This document shows, piece after piece, positions 26,706 to 35,928 of a stretch of DNA of 64,000 nucleotides. The translations under genes were made by a program, and so were the position numbers. The DNA lies in NCBI GenBank assembly GCA_018715565.1, contig DVLJ01000236.1:48-64047 (forward strand), given 5' to 3'. A model generated the notes under the pieces. It was not told where the DNA came from. It worked only from the letters and a program-made list of their open reading frames with translations, and made no database searches. The number at the start of each line of letters is the position of its first letter. Positions within the stretch are counted from its first letter, which is position 1. Source of the stretch: Candidatus Ventrimonas merdavium (GTDB lineage Bacteria > Bacillota > Clostridia > Lachnospirales > Lachnospiraceae).

Positions 26706-27802
26706 CGACTTTCTTTTCCCTTCTCCCGCTCCTCCTCATACTCCTGCCACAGACTTTCCGTCAGATCCCGGGACAAAAGCAGGCCCACCGGCCCCAAAAA
26801 CAGCCCCAAAAGCCCCCACAGCTGAAATCCTACATAGATGGAGACCAGAGTCTCCAAAGGCGATAGGCCGACCCGGTCCGCCATCAGCCGGGCTTCCAGC
26901 ACCTGGCGGAGAAAATAGCAGAGCACATAAAGCCCCATGATCCACAGCCCCTGTCCCCATCTGCCGGAGAGCAGAAGAACCGCCGCCCAGGGGATCAGCA
27001 CAGTCCCGGTGCCGAATACCGGCAGGGCGTCTAACAAACCGATGCCCACGCCAACCAGCAGGGCATAGGGATTTCCCATCAGCCACAGGCCCAGGGTGCA
27101 CACCGCCGTAGTCAGGAGCATGATGATGCCCTGGGTCTTTAGGTAGGCGTTGGCCACGATCTTGATGCGGCGGCCGATCAGGGCCAGCTCCTTGCAGTAC
27201 AGACAGCGGCGGCACCGCGCCTTCCACAGATCCATTTCCTGGATGCAGAGCCCGGTCCCCACCAGCACGATCGTCCCCACCACCAGGCACGCCGCCCCGG
27301 CCCGGAACACGGCCAGGGAATTGGTCATGACATACGGCATAGCCCCTTCTTTTACTGCCTGGAAAAGCCCCCGGAGCATTTCCCGCATCAGGGCCACCAG
27401 CACATCCCGCTTTAAGCAGAGAGCGGTCTCCATGTTGTGGCAGACGCCGGTGAGCCAGATATCCAGAGCCCGGATCCAGTCCGGGATCCGGTCCACCAGC
27501 ATGGACGCCTCCAAAAATAGCTTCTGCCCGCCTACATACAGTCCGGCTCCCAGAAGCCCGGCAGCCAGCGCCAGTTCCAGCGCCCCGGCCGCCCCCTCTG
27601 GAAGGGCCCACTGCCGGCCAGGCAGACGGAACCGCACCACCCGGGACAGCGCCCGGGCAGGCTTCCGGAAGCATACCGCCGCTCCCCAGGCCAGCAAAAA
27701 GGGAGCCGCAAGGGGCAGAAGGAAGCGAAAGCTCCCATAGACTGCCCCTGTGACTCCCAGGATCAAGATGATTTTCTTCAGTTTCTTCTCCGGTTTCCCC
27801 AT
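26702..27802 (-). CDS. AI-2E/PerM-family membrane protein (sporulation YtvI-like)
   Basis: MGKPEKKLKKIILILGVTGAVYGSFRFLLPLAAPFLLAW, and LLDALPVFGTGTVLIPW near the C-terminus, as in the YtvI/AI-2E family. Start at the ATG at 27802. Confidence 0.72.
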   Translation of the reverse strand: MGKPEKKLKKIILILGVTGAVYGSFRFLLPLAAPFLLAWGAAVCFRKPARALSRVVRFRLPGRQWALPEGAAGALELALAAGLLGAGLYVGGQKLFLEASMLVDRIPDWIRALDIWLTGVCHNMETALCLKRDVLVALMREMLRGLFQAVKEGAMPYVMTNSLAVFRAGAACLVVGTIVLVGTGLCIQEMDLWKARCRRCLYCKELALIGRRIKIVANAYLKTQGIIMLLTTAVCTLGLWLMGNPYALLVGVGIGLLDALPVFGTGTVLIPWAAVLLLSGRWGQGLWIMGLYVLCYFLRQVLEARLMADRVGLSPLETLVSIYVGFQLWGLLGLFLGPVGLLLSRDLTESLWQEYEEEREKGKESR

Positions 27803-27882
27803 GGACTCACCTATTTCTGTTTTGTACTTCCTTTGTACTAACCCTAGTCTGTCCGATGCCCTGCCGGAATATACGTTTTTCG

Positions 27883-27912
27883 TTGACAAAGCCGTCCGGC
27901 CTCTCCTATAAT
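27883..27912 (+). promoter_or_regulatory. SigmaA-type promoter of the hybrid kinase gene
   Basis: TTGACA, 18-nt spacer, TATAAT, followed by a 7-bp 5' hairpin TGCGGCT-GTTC-AGCCGCA. Confidence 0.5.
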
Positions 27913-27977
27913 GGAGCTAACCTGTGCGGCTGTTCAGCCGCAGACGATTTCCATTGAAAAAACTGGGAGGATCTCTC

Positions 27978-30533
27978 ATGATGGATAAGACCCGCCGTTC
28001 CCAATTATTAAAGACCGTCCGCTCCTTTGGCAGCGTGCGCGGCTATCTGACGATGCTGGTATTTTTGGCGTTCCTGGAGATGGCCTGTTATTTTGTCGTG
28101 CGGCAGAACCTGCTGCAGAACGCTCATCAGCAGGGCATGACCGTGGCCCGCAGCTACGGGGCCGAGACGCAGAACACCTTCACTTCCCTGAACACGCTGC
28201 TCTCCTTCGGCGCTCAGACCATCGACCTGCACCTGGACAACGACTGGAACGATGAGCAGCTGGAAGGCTGGCTGCTGTCCTATTTTAATACGGTACAGGC
28301 CGTCATGGGCGAGAGCTCAGTCGCTCCCTGCGCCTATATCCGGGGACGTGTCCTTACCCAGTCCGGATGGCTTTCCGACGCGGACATCACCCCGGCCCAG
28401 ACCAGCTGGTTCCAGCAGGTGGACCCGGAAGGCCGGGAGACCGTATACACCGGCGTATATACCGACCCGCTTTTGGACACTCCGGTAGTCACCGTAGCCC
28501 AGATGTGCAGGAATTCAGACGCCACCGTGGCCGTCCGCCTGTTCCCCGATCAGTTTGCCTTCCACTCCGACTCAGACCTGCTGCCGGAGGATGCTTCCTT
28601 TTATATCTGCGACGGCGCCGGTGTCCCGGTCAGCGTGCAGACGACCTTGAACGAGAGTCCGGAGGTGATCGCCCAGTATGTGCAGGAGCTGTCCGGGCGC
28701 ATCCGGAACGGCGAATTTGAAGCATACAACTCCTGGATGCCCGACGTATACGGCGGTCAGAGGAAGATCTACTACCATATCCTGCCCAACAACTGGATGA
28801 CGATCATCACCGTGCCCTACGATACGATCCTGGCTGACCTAAACCAGGTGATGGTGCTCTTCTCTATCCTGCTCCTGCTGTTTTTGGTCACCTTTTTCTG
28901 GGTGACCATCCGGGATATCCGCATGGATTCCCAGATGCGGCGCACCCAGGAGACCATCCAGGTCCTGGGCAACTCGTTCTACGCCCTGTACCGGGTGAAT
29001 TTTATCAAAGCCACCTACGAGATGATCAAGGGCTCTCCCGACGTGCGCAGAGAGATTCCGGAGCACGGGGATTACGCCCTGCTGACCGGCGCCTTTGAGC
29101 GGATCATCGAGGCCAATGCCTACGCTGACTTTATCGAGACCTTCTCCCTGGATAATATCGCCAAGCTGGTCTCTCACCGCATCTACGATTTCGGGGGAGA
29201 TTTCCAGCGGCTGTTCGGCGCCGAATACCGCTGGGTGAACGTCCGGGTGCTGTTTGATGAAACCCTCCAGAATGGAGAGGTGGTGCTCTGCTTCCGGGAG
29301 ATCAACGGGGAAAAGCAGCAGCAGCTCCAGGAAAAGCAGCTTCTGGAGACCGCCCTGGAGAATTCCCGGAAAAGCGAGCAGGCCAAGCACGCTTTCTTTA
29401 ACAATATGTCCCATGACATGCGCACCCCGCTGAACGCGATCGTAGGCCTGACCGGTCTGATGGAGCAGCACCTGGCTGAACCGGAGGTGCTGAAGGGCTA
29501 TGTGGACAAGATCCGCTATTCCAGCCGCCAGCTTCTGGACCTGGTGAACGATATCCTGGAGATGTCCCGCATCGAACAGGGGAAGATCGCCCTGAACAAC
29601 CAGCAGTTCAGCCTGAAGACCTGCGTAGAGGAATGTGCGGACAGCTTCGCGGCCCAGGCCCAGTCTGAGAACAAGGACCTGCAGGTGCATTTCCAGATCA
29701 GGCAGACCATGGTGATGGGCGACCCGCTGCGCATGGGGCAGATCCTGAACAATCTGCTCTCCAACGCCTTCAAGTTCACCAATCCCGGCGCGTCCATCAC
29801 GGTGACCGTGCGGCAGATGAACGAGGAGGACCGCTCCCAGTACCTGATCCAGATCGAGGATACCGGCATCGGCATGTCCCAGGAATTCCTCAGCCGCATT
29901 TTTGAGCCCTACGCCAGAGAGGTCCGGTTTTCCTCCCGTCCCATCAATGGGACCGGGCTGGGCATGGCGATCGTGAAGAACCTGGTGACCCAGATGAGCG
30001 GCGAGATCCAGGTAAAGAGCCAGCTGGGCAAGGGGACCGTCTTCACCATCATCGTCCCGTTCCTGCTGGCCGAGGAAGCGGAGGAAGCCCCGGCCGCGCC
30101 CCAGGAGGACGAGGCGGAGGAGACCTTCTCCCTGGAGGGACGGCGGATCCTGCTGGCCGAGGACAATCCGATCAATATGGAGATCGCCGAGGAGGTGCTT
30201 TCCATGCACGGCATCACCGTCGTCCAGGCGTGGAACGGCCAGGAGGCGCTGGAGACCTTCCAGCACTCCCGCCTGTACGAATTCGACGCTATCCTGATGG
30301 ACATGCAGATGCCGGTTATGGACGGCTGCGAGGCCTCCCGGCAGATCCGCGCACTGGCCCGCCCCGACGCGGCGTCCATCCCGATCATCGCCGTAACGGC
30401 CAACGCCTTTACCGAAGACATCGCCGCCACCACCAAGGCAGGCATGAACGCCCATGTGGCGAAGCCCATCGATTTTTCCGTCCTGTGCAGGACCTTAGAA
30501 GATCTGATCGCAAAAAACGGACAGCCCGGGTGA
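27978..30533 (+). CDS. Hybrid sensor histidine kinase / response regulator
   Basis: Two TM helices flank a roughly 270-aa extracytoplasmic (Cache-like) region. H-box FFNNMSHDMRTPLNAI. N and G boxes LLSNAFKF and DTGIGM...GTGLGM. Receiver ILLAEDNPINM...ILMDMQMPVMDG...KP. GGGAGG RBS before the ATG at 27978. Confidence 0.85.
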   Translation: MMDKTRRSQLLKTVRSFGSVRGYLTMLVFLAFLEMACYFVVRQNLLQNAHQQGMTVARSYGAETQNTFTSLNTLLSFGAQTIDLHLDNDWNDEQLEGWLLSYFNTVQAVMGESSVAPCAYIRGRVLTQSGWLSDADITPAQTSWFQQVDPEGRETVYTGVYTDPLLDTPVVTVAQMCRNSDATVAVRLFPDQFAFHSDSDLLPEDASFYICDGAGVPVSVQTTLNESPEVIAQYVQELSGRIRNGEFEAYNSWMPDVYGGQRKIYYHILPNNWMTIITVPYDTILADLNQVMVLFSILLLLFLVTFFWVTIRDIRMDSQMRRTQETIQVLGNSFYALYRVNFIKATYEMIKGSPDVRREIPEHGDYALLTGAFERIIEANAYADFIETFSLDNIAKLVSHRIYDFGGDFQRLFGAEYRWVNVRVLFDETLQNGEVVLCFREINGEKQQQLQEKQLLETALENSRKSEQAKHAFFNNMSHDMRTPLNAIVGLTGLMEQHLAEPEVLKGYVDKIRYSSRQLLDLVNDILEMSRIEQGKIALNNQQFSLKTCVEECADSFAAQAQSENKDLQVHFQIRQTMVMGDPLRMGQILNNLLSNAFKFTNPGASITVTVRQMNEEDRSQYLIQIEDTGIGMSQEFLSRIFEPYAREVRFSSRPINGTGLGMAIVKNLVTQMSGEIQVKSQLGKGTVFTIIVPFLLAEEAEEAPAAPQEDEAEETFSLEGRRILLAEDNPINMEIAEEVLSMHGITVVQAWNGQEALETFQHSRLYEFDAILMDMQMPVMDGCEASRQIRALARPDAASIPIIAVTANAFTEDIAATTKAGMNAHVAKPIDFSVLCRTLEDLIAKNGQPG

Positions 30534-30556
30534 TCTCCCAGGCTGCCCGTTTTTTC
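30517..30556 (+). terminator. Intrinsic terminator after the hybrid kinase gene
   Basis: ACGGACAGCC, 14-nt loop, GGCTGCCCGT (one mismatch), followed by TTTTTT. An A-run upstream makes it potentially bidirectional. Confidence 0.55.
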
Positions 30557-30585
30557 TATCTTCTCGATGATGTGGTCACCGTCTC

Positions 30586-31530
30586 TTAGCTGTTCATCAG
30601 ATACAAAAAATATCCCCCATAGCATACCAGCATCAGGACCCCGCCCATCCGGGTCAGCATCCGTTTCCGGAACACGCATGCCCACAGCAGGACGCCTGCG
30701 CCGAAGGCCACCAGCGTATCGATCACAAAGTTGGGGGCAAACTCCACCGGCACGATCAGGGCCGCAGAGCCTACGACGAACAGGATATTGAAAATGTTGC
30801 TCCCCACGATGTTGCCGATGGCAATGTCCGCCTTGCCCTTCATCCCCGCGGAAACGGAGGTGAACAGCTCCGGCAGGGAAGTTCCCAGAGCCACGATGGT
30901 CAGGCCGATGAACCGCTCGCTTAAGCCCGCCGCCTTGGCAATGGCCGTGGCCGCGTCTACGGTCACGTCGCTCCCTGCCACGATCAGCGCCAGACCGATC
31001 ACCACGAACAGGCCCAGCCGCCAGAACGGCTTGCTCTCCTCAGCCACCACGCCTTCCTGCTTGTCCCGCAGGGCCATCATGAATAAGTAGGTCAGGTACA
31101 GCAGGAACAGGACCCACAGGATCAGTCCTTCCACAAATGTCACCTGATGGCCGGTCACCCCCAGCCCCAGCAGCGCCAGGGTGATGAACAGCATCCAGGG
31201 GATCTCACAGCGCACCGTGGACTTTGCCACGGCGATAGAGGTGATGACCGAGGTCAGCCCCAGGATGATCAGGACGTTCAGGATGTTGCTCCCCACGATG
31301 TTGCCGATGGTGATGGCCGCACTGCCCTTTAACGCCGCCGCGATGCTCACCGCCGCCTCCGGCATGCTGGTACCCATGGCCACGATGGTCAGGCCGATCA
31401 CCAGCTGCGGCACGCCCAGCCGGTCCGCGATACCCGACGAGCCGTCTACAAACCAGTCAGCCCCTTTGACCAGCATAAAAAAGCCCAGGGCCAAAAGTAC
31501 AAATTCCAAAAGTAACTTCCACATATCCAT
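30586..31530 (-). CDS. CaCA-family cation (Ca2+/Na+) antiporter, YrbG type
   Basis: Two alpha-repeats, GLTIVAMGTSMPE and GLTIVALGTSLPE, and 10 TM helices. Start at one of the ATGs at 31530/31524 directly after AAGGAGGA. The 91-aa upstream extension in the track is leader RNA. Confidence 0.85.
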   Translation of the reverse strand: MDMWKLLLEFVLLALGFFMLVKGADWFVDGSSGIADRLGVPQLVIGLTIVAMGTSMPEAAVSIAAALKGSAAITIGNIVGSNILNVLIILGLTSVITSIAVAKSTVRCEIPWMLFITLALLGLGVTGHQVTFVEGLILWVLFLLYLTYLFMMALRDKQEGVVAEESKPFWRLGLFVVIGLALIVAGSDVTVDAATAIAKAAGLSERFIGLTIVALGTSLPELFTSVSAGMKGKADIAIGNIVGSNIFNILFVVGSAALIVPVEFAPNFVIDTLVAFGAGVLLWACVFRKRMLTRMGGVLMLVCYGGYFLYLMNS

Positions 31531-31630
31531 TCCTCCTTGCGTATCCGGGGACCTCTCCCCATTTCCATTCCCAGGTTCCGGCCGCCGTTGGTCCGAAGTC
31601 AGCGAAGATCCGCCCCTCTGAAGCCCAGAT

Positions 31631-31816
31631 CCAAAAAATAGAAAAAGACTTTTGCCAGGATCAGCCCTCAGGCTCCGGGGACACATCCCCGGAACCTTCC
31701 GGCATTCTGACAAAAGTCTCGTTACTTCGTTACGGACCGGACAGCGGGCATTCCGCCTGCCGTCGTACTGACGAACCCGTAAACACCCGTCTCCGGATGT
31801 CAACTACTCCCTTTTT
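31631..31816 (-). promoter_or_regulatory. Structured leader with terminator; candidate yybP-ykoY-like (Mn2+) riboswitch
   Basis: On the minus strand: AAAAAG-GGAGUAG...(GNRA hairpin CAUCCG-GAGA-CGGGUG, further helices)...AC-GAGAC-UUUU. The 3' P1 strand GACUUUUGUCAG is shared with a terminator (pairs with CUGGCAAAAGUC, then UUUUUCUAUUUUUU). Assigned from my memory of the consensus, not from a covariance model. Confidence 0.45.
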
Positions 31817-31948
31817 CGGGTTTTAGGATATCAGATTTCCAGCAGCCGCGCTACTGTCCTTTTAGAATCTTAACGTTTTCTTAACGGCCGCTCCTTTGGC
31901 CCTTCTTCCGGCTGTTCCCCCGGACCTTCCGGCCTCCTGCTCCTCCGG

Positions 31949-34153
31949 TCATTCCCGGATCAGACGCAGGGTCCAGCTCAGATACTCACCGCCTAAGGCC
32001 GGGAGCGGGATCCCTCCGCACATCAGGGCCGCGCCCGGATAGCGCTTTCCAGTCTCCAGATCCCGGTAGATCGCCGCCGGATCCAACCCCTGGAGGCGGA
32101 TATAGGCGCTTACCGGGTTGCCGTGGTAATCTAAGGTCACCGCATTGACCAGGGCTTCTTTCTTGTCCTCTGTGACGAACATCCAGGCCGCCACCTCGCC
32201 GTCCAGGCCCTGCCTGCAGGGATCCGTCAGACGGTAATAGTCGCCGTTGTGGATCACATCCCACAGCTCGTGGAATTCCTGGATCTGCTTGCGGACGTAA
32301 TTCTTCTCCGCCTGGGAGATCTTCTTAAGATCCAGCTCATAGCCGAAGCTTCCCGACAGGGCCACACAGCCCCGGGTCTCCATGGGCGTGATCCGGCCGT
32401 TCTGATGGTTGGGGCAGGCGGACACATGGGCGCCCACTGCCGAGACCGGATAGCCAAAGGAAGTCCCGTACTGGATCCGGAGCCGGTCGATGGCGTCCGT
32501 GTTGTCGCTGCACCAGATCTGAGGCGTGTAATACAGCATGCCTGCGTCGAACCGGCCGCCGCCGCCGCTGCACCCCTCGATCAGCACATGGGGATAGTTC
32601 TGACAGATCCGCTCCAAAAAGTCGTACAGACCCAGCACATACCGGTACATCACCATGCCCTGGCTGTCGGCTCCGGCCGTCGCCGACCATACGTCGGAAA
32701 TGCTGCGGTTCATATCCCACTTGAGATATCCAATGGGCACCGTATCCAGCAGGCGGCTGATCTGTCCGTAGATGTGATCCACGACCTCGCTCCTGGAAAA
32801 ATCCAGGACCAGCTGGCTCCTGCCCAGCACCGGCTTCTTCCCAGGCACCGCGAACGCCCAGTCCGGATGGGCCCGGTAAAGATCGCTGTCCTCCGACACC
32901 ATCTCCGGTTCCACCCAGAGTCCGAACTTCATGCCCAGGCCGTTGATGCGCTCCGCCAGGGACGCCAGGGTCCCGCCCAGCTTCTTTTCATTGACGATCC
33001 AGTCGCCAAGACCGGTCATGTCCGAATCCCGCTTGCCGAACCACCCGTCGTCTAAGACCAGCATCTCCACGCCAAGGCCAACAGCCTCCTTGGCGATCTC
33101 ATAGATCTTCTCTCCGTTGAAATCAAAATAGGTTGCTTCCCAGTTGTTGATCAGCACCGGTCTGGGAGCCGTCTTATATTCTCCCCGGCACAGGTTGTGG
33201 CGGATAACCTTGTGGAAATTCCGGGAAAGCTGGCCCAATCCCTGACTGCTGCAGCTGAGCAGCACCTCCGGGGCATAGAACGTCTCCCCGGGGGCCAGGG
33301 GGCAGGCAAAGAGCTCATCCTGCAGGCCCATGCTGATCCGGGTCTGCTCGAACTGGTCTTTTTCTGCCTCCGCCTTAAAGGGTCCGCTGTACACAAAGGA
33401 CATGCCGTAGCACAGGCCATGGGTCTCCGTAGTCTCCTGATCCGCCAGGATCACAAAGGGATTATACTGGTGACTGGAGGTGCCTCTGCGGCTTCCGATC
33501 ACCTGAGCGCCGTGGGCCACGGCCGTCCGCTGCAGGGTCCGTTCCATGGCGTGACGGCCATAGAACATCAGCAGGTCGAAGTTCCCGTGGACAAAATCCA
33601 GACAGGCGCTCTGTACTTTTAACAGCTTTACGGTCTTCTCGCCCCGGTTCTCGATCCGGACTGCCCGGGTGATCACATCCCGTTCCGGCAGCACCCCGTA
33701 AAGAAGGGTCACCAAAAGTCCGCTGACAGAGTCCTCCATGGCAATCTCCAGGGTCTGGGCGCCGGCCTCCGCTTCCGTCTCATAGGCGGCGGGCAGGCCG
33801 GGCAGGCTGTATTTCCCATCCAGGATCCGATATCCCTGATAGCGCAGATCCACGCTGTACGCTCCGTCCCCATTTTTTACGATCAGGGCTGGGCTCCGGT
33901 AGTCGCCGGTCCCCTGCACCGGATATTCCTGGGGCAGGGCGTCCATCGAATAGACGCGGGCGGACCCAGCCTCGTAAGGATTGCCGGAAAATCCCCGGTC
34001 CACAAAGGTCAGCAGGTATTCCATGCTTCCCTCCGTGCGGTCTCCGTAATAAAGGTGGAGCAGGTATCCGAATTCGTCTACCTTCATCTGGTAAGTCGTA
34101 TGAGCTGTATGGATGGTGAACAGCTTTGTTTCCTCCTGAAATAAGATTGCCAT
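31949..34153 (-). CDS. aga: Alpha-galactosidase, GH36
   Basis: 734 aa. The pattern FTIHTAHTTYQM...LLHLYYG..., catalytic region KWDMNR and CSGGGGRFD are typical of GH36 AgaA/Aga enzymes. Confidence 0.9.
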   Translation of the reverse strand: MAILFQEETKLFTIHTAHTTYQMKVDEFGYLLHLYYGDRTEGSMEYLLTFVDRGFSGNPYEAGSARVYSMDALPQEYPVQGTGDYRSPALIVKNGDGAYSVDLRYQGYRILDGKYSLPGLPAAYETEAEAGAQTLEIAMEDSVSGLLVTLLYGVLPERDVITRAVRIENRGEKTVKLLKVQSACLDFVHGNFDLLMFYGRHAMERTLQRTAVAHGAQVIGSRRGTSSHQYNPFVILADQETTETHGLCYGMSFVYSGPFKAEAEKDQFEQTRISMGLQDELFACPLAPGETFYAPEVLLSCSSQGLGQLSRNFHKVIRHNLCRGEYKTAPRPVLINNWEATYFDFNGEKIYEIAKEAVGLGVEMLVLDDGWFGKRDSDMTGLGDWIVNEKKLGGTLASLAERINGLGMKFGLWVEPEMVSEDSDLYRAHPDWAFAVPGKKPVLGRSQLVLDFSRSEVVDHIYGQISRLLDTVPIGYLKWDMNRSISDVWSATAGADSQGMVMYRYVLGLYDFLERICQNYPHVLIEGCSGGGGRFDAGMLYYTPQIWCSDNTDAIDRLRIQYGTSFGYPVSAVGAHVSACPNHQNGRITPMETRGCVALSGSFGYELDLKKISQAEKNYVRKQIQEFHELWDVIHNGDYYRLTDPCRQGLDGEVAAWMFVTEDKKEALVNAVTLDYHGNPVSAYIRLQGLDPAAIYRDLETGKRYPGAALMCGGIPLPALGGEYLSWTLRLIRE

Positions 34154-34185
34154 GGGAGCACTCTCCTTTCATCTCTGATTCTGTA

Positions 34186-35022
34186 TTATTTTCCTCCGGT
34201 CATGGCAATACCCTCGATGAACTGCCGCTGGAACAGCAGGTACAGGATCACCATGGGGATCATCGCCAGCATGGAGCCGGCCATCAGCACCGGATAGTTG
34301 GTGGTAAACTGTCCGCGCAGGGTGGAAAGACCTGCAGACAGGGTCATCTTGCCCATATCCGTATTGACGATCAGCGGCCACATCAGGTCTGCGTAAGCAA
34401 ACACTGCGGTGAAAATGGTCAGGGCCGCCATGGAAGCCTTAGTCAGGGGCATCATAACGCGGGTAAAGGTCTGCCACTTGGTACAGCCGTCTAAGTACGC
34501 CGCTTCTCCCACCTCGTCAGGGATGCCCATATAGGACTGGCGCAGGAAGAACGTTCCGAACGCGCTGACCAGACCCGGGAATACCAGGGCGAACATGCTG
34601 TTGGTCAGTCCCATCTTCGCCAGCATCTGATACTGGGGGATGATGAAGATCTGGGACGGCAGCATCATCTGTACCAGCACGATGCCGAACAGCAGGTTCT
34701 TGCCTTTAAAGTTTAACTTTGCGAAGGCAAAGCCTGCCGCCGAGGAGAAGGCCACGGCGCAGATCACACGGAACACGATCAGCAGGATGGTGTTGATATA
34801 CAGCTTGACAAACGGCAGGCTGGTCAGCGCCCGGCTGTAGTTTTCCGTCAGCCACTGCTTGGGCAGGATCGTCGGAGGGATCTGCACGCTCTCTCCGGCG
34901 GATTTAAAGCTGGTGAGGAACATCCACAAAAACGGGAAGATCATCAGTACGGCGCCTGCGGTCAGGGCCAGATACACCAGCATGGTATTTCTTCGGTAAT
35001 TTTTCTGTAATGACGAATCCAT
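34186..35022 (-). CDS. Carbohydrate ABC transporter permease (MsmG/CUT1 type)
   Basis: 278 aa, 6 TM helices, EAA loop EAAYLDGCTKWQTFTRVMMPL. Confidence 0.88.
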   Translation of the reverse strand: MDSSLQKNYRRNTMLVYLALTAGAVLMIFPFLWMFLTSFKSAGESVQIPPTILPKQWLTENYSRALTSLPFVKLYINTILLIVFRVICAVAFSSAAGFAFAKLNFKGKNLLFGIVLVQMMLPSQIFIIPQYQMLAKMGLTNSMFALVFPGLVSAFGTFFLRQSYMGIPDEVGEAAYLDGCTKWQTFTRVMMPLTKASMAALTIFTAVFAYADLMWPLIVNTDMGKMTLSAGLSTLRGQFTTNYPVLMAGSMLAMIPMVILYLLFQRQFIEGIAMTGGK

Positions 35023-35034
35023 GAGCTCCCCTCC

Positions 35035-35916
35035 TTATACTTCGTAGTTGACCCATTTCTTCTGGCCCCAGAACTGGAAAGCGGTCACGATGCCGATCAG
35101 CAGTACGGTCCAGATGACAATGGCGGATGCATAGCCCCGGTTGCCCGCAACAAAGGACTCCCGGTAGAACAGGTACATCAGAGACTGGGCGCTGGTCAGA
35201 GCCGGGTTGGTCTGGTCTACCATCATGTAGATCAGGTCGTAGACTTTCAGGGAAGCCATCAGACGCATGATCAGCACTACGAACAGAGTGGGGGACACCA
35301 TGGGCAGGGTAATGTGGAAGAACTGCTGCACCTTGGTGGCGCCGTCCAAGTCCGCCGCCTCATAGTAGCTCTTGGAAATGTTCTGGATGCCGGACAGCAG
35401 GAGCACGGCGTCATAACCTACGGAGCTCCATACGGCCACAGCCGCCGTAGCCGGGAGCACCAGCTTCGGATTGGTCAGCCAGTTTACCTTCGTGCCAATG
35501 ATCTGATTAATGATACCATATTCTGCGTTAAAAATCCACTTCCAGACCATCGCGATCGCGGCGGGAGCCACGACCATGGGCAGGAAATAGATGGCGCGGA
35601 ACGCGGTCTTGCCTGCGATCTTGGCATTCAGGAACACGGCGGTGATCAGGGCGAAGAACATGCCCAGGGGCACCGTCAGGATACAGAAATAGATGGAGTT
35701 CCAGGTTGCCTTCCAGAATTCTTCGCTGGCAAACATCTTTGTATAGTTGCCGATCCCGCTGATCTCGTAAAATCCAAACGGATGGGTGGTGGAAAAGCTC
35801 AGCACCAGCGTCTGGAGAAACGGATACACATTCAGTACGATCAGGCCGATGATGGTAGGCGCTACCAGGATATAGCCCCACTTCGCCTCATCGGACAGTC
35901 CTTTTTTCTTTCCCAT
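35035..35916 (-). CDS. Carbohydrate ABC transporter permease (MsmF/CUT1 type)
   Basis: 293 aa, 6 TM helices, EAA loop EAADLDGATKVQQFFHITLPM. Confidence 0.88.
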   Translation of the reverse strand: MGKKKGLSDEAKWGYILVAPTIIGLIVLNVYPFLQTLVLSFSTTHPFGFYEISGIGNYTKMFASEEFWKATWNSIYFCILTVPLGMFFALITAVFLNAKIAGKTAFRAIYFLPMVVAPAAIAMVWKWIFNAEYGIINQIIGTKVNWLTNPKLVLPATAAVAVWSSVGYDAVLLLSGIQNISKSYYEAADLDGATKVQQFFHITLPMVSPTLFVVLIMRLMASLKVYDLIYMMVDQTNPALTSAQSLMYLFYRESFVAGNRGYASAIVIWTVLLIGIVTAFQFWGQKKWVNYEV

Positions 35917-35928
35917 AGCATTCCCTCC

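Noticed and set aside
26736-27674. 312-aa minus-strand alternate-frame ORF inside the ytvI-like gene
   Set aside because: It has Gly/Pro/Arg-rich composition, whereas the other frame gives a coherent polytopic AI-2E-type membrane protein.
28839-30455. 538-aa minus-strand ORF antisense to the hybrid histidine kinase
   Set aside because: The plus-strand frame contains complete H, N, G and receiver motifs. The antisense product is low-complexity.
31531-31803. 91-aa N-terminal extension of the antiporter ORF in the track
   Set aside because: A strong RBS and ATG at 31530/31524 give a normal CaCA N-terminus. The extension covers an intrinsic terminator and the structured leader, and translates to Arg/Gly/Pro-rich sequence.
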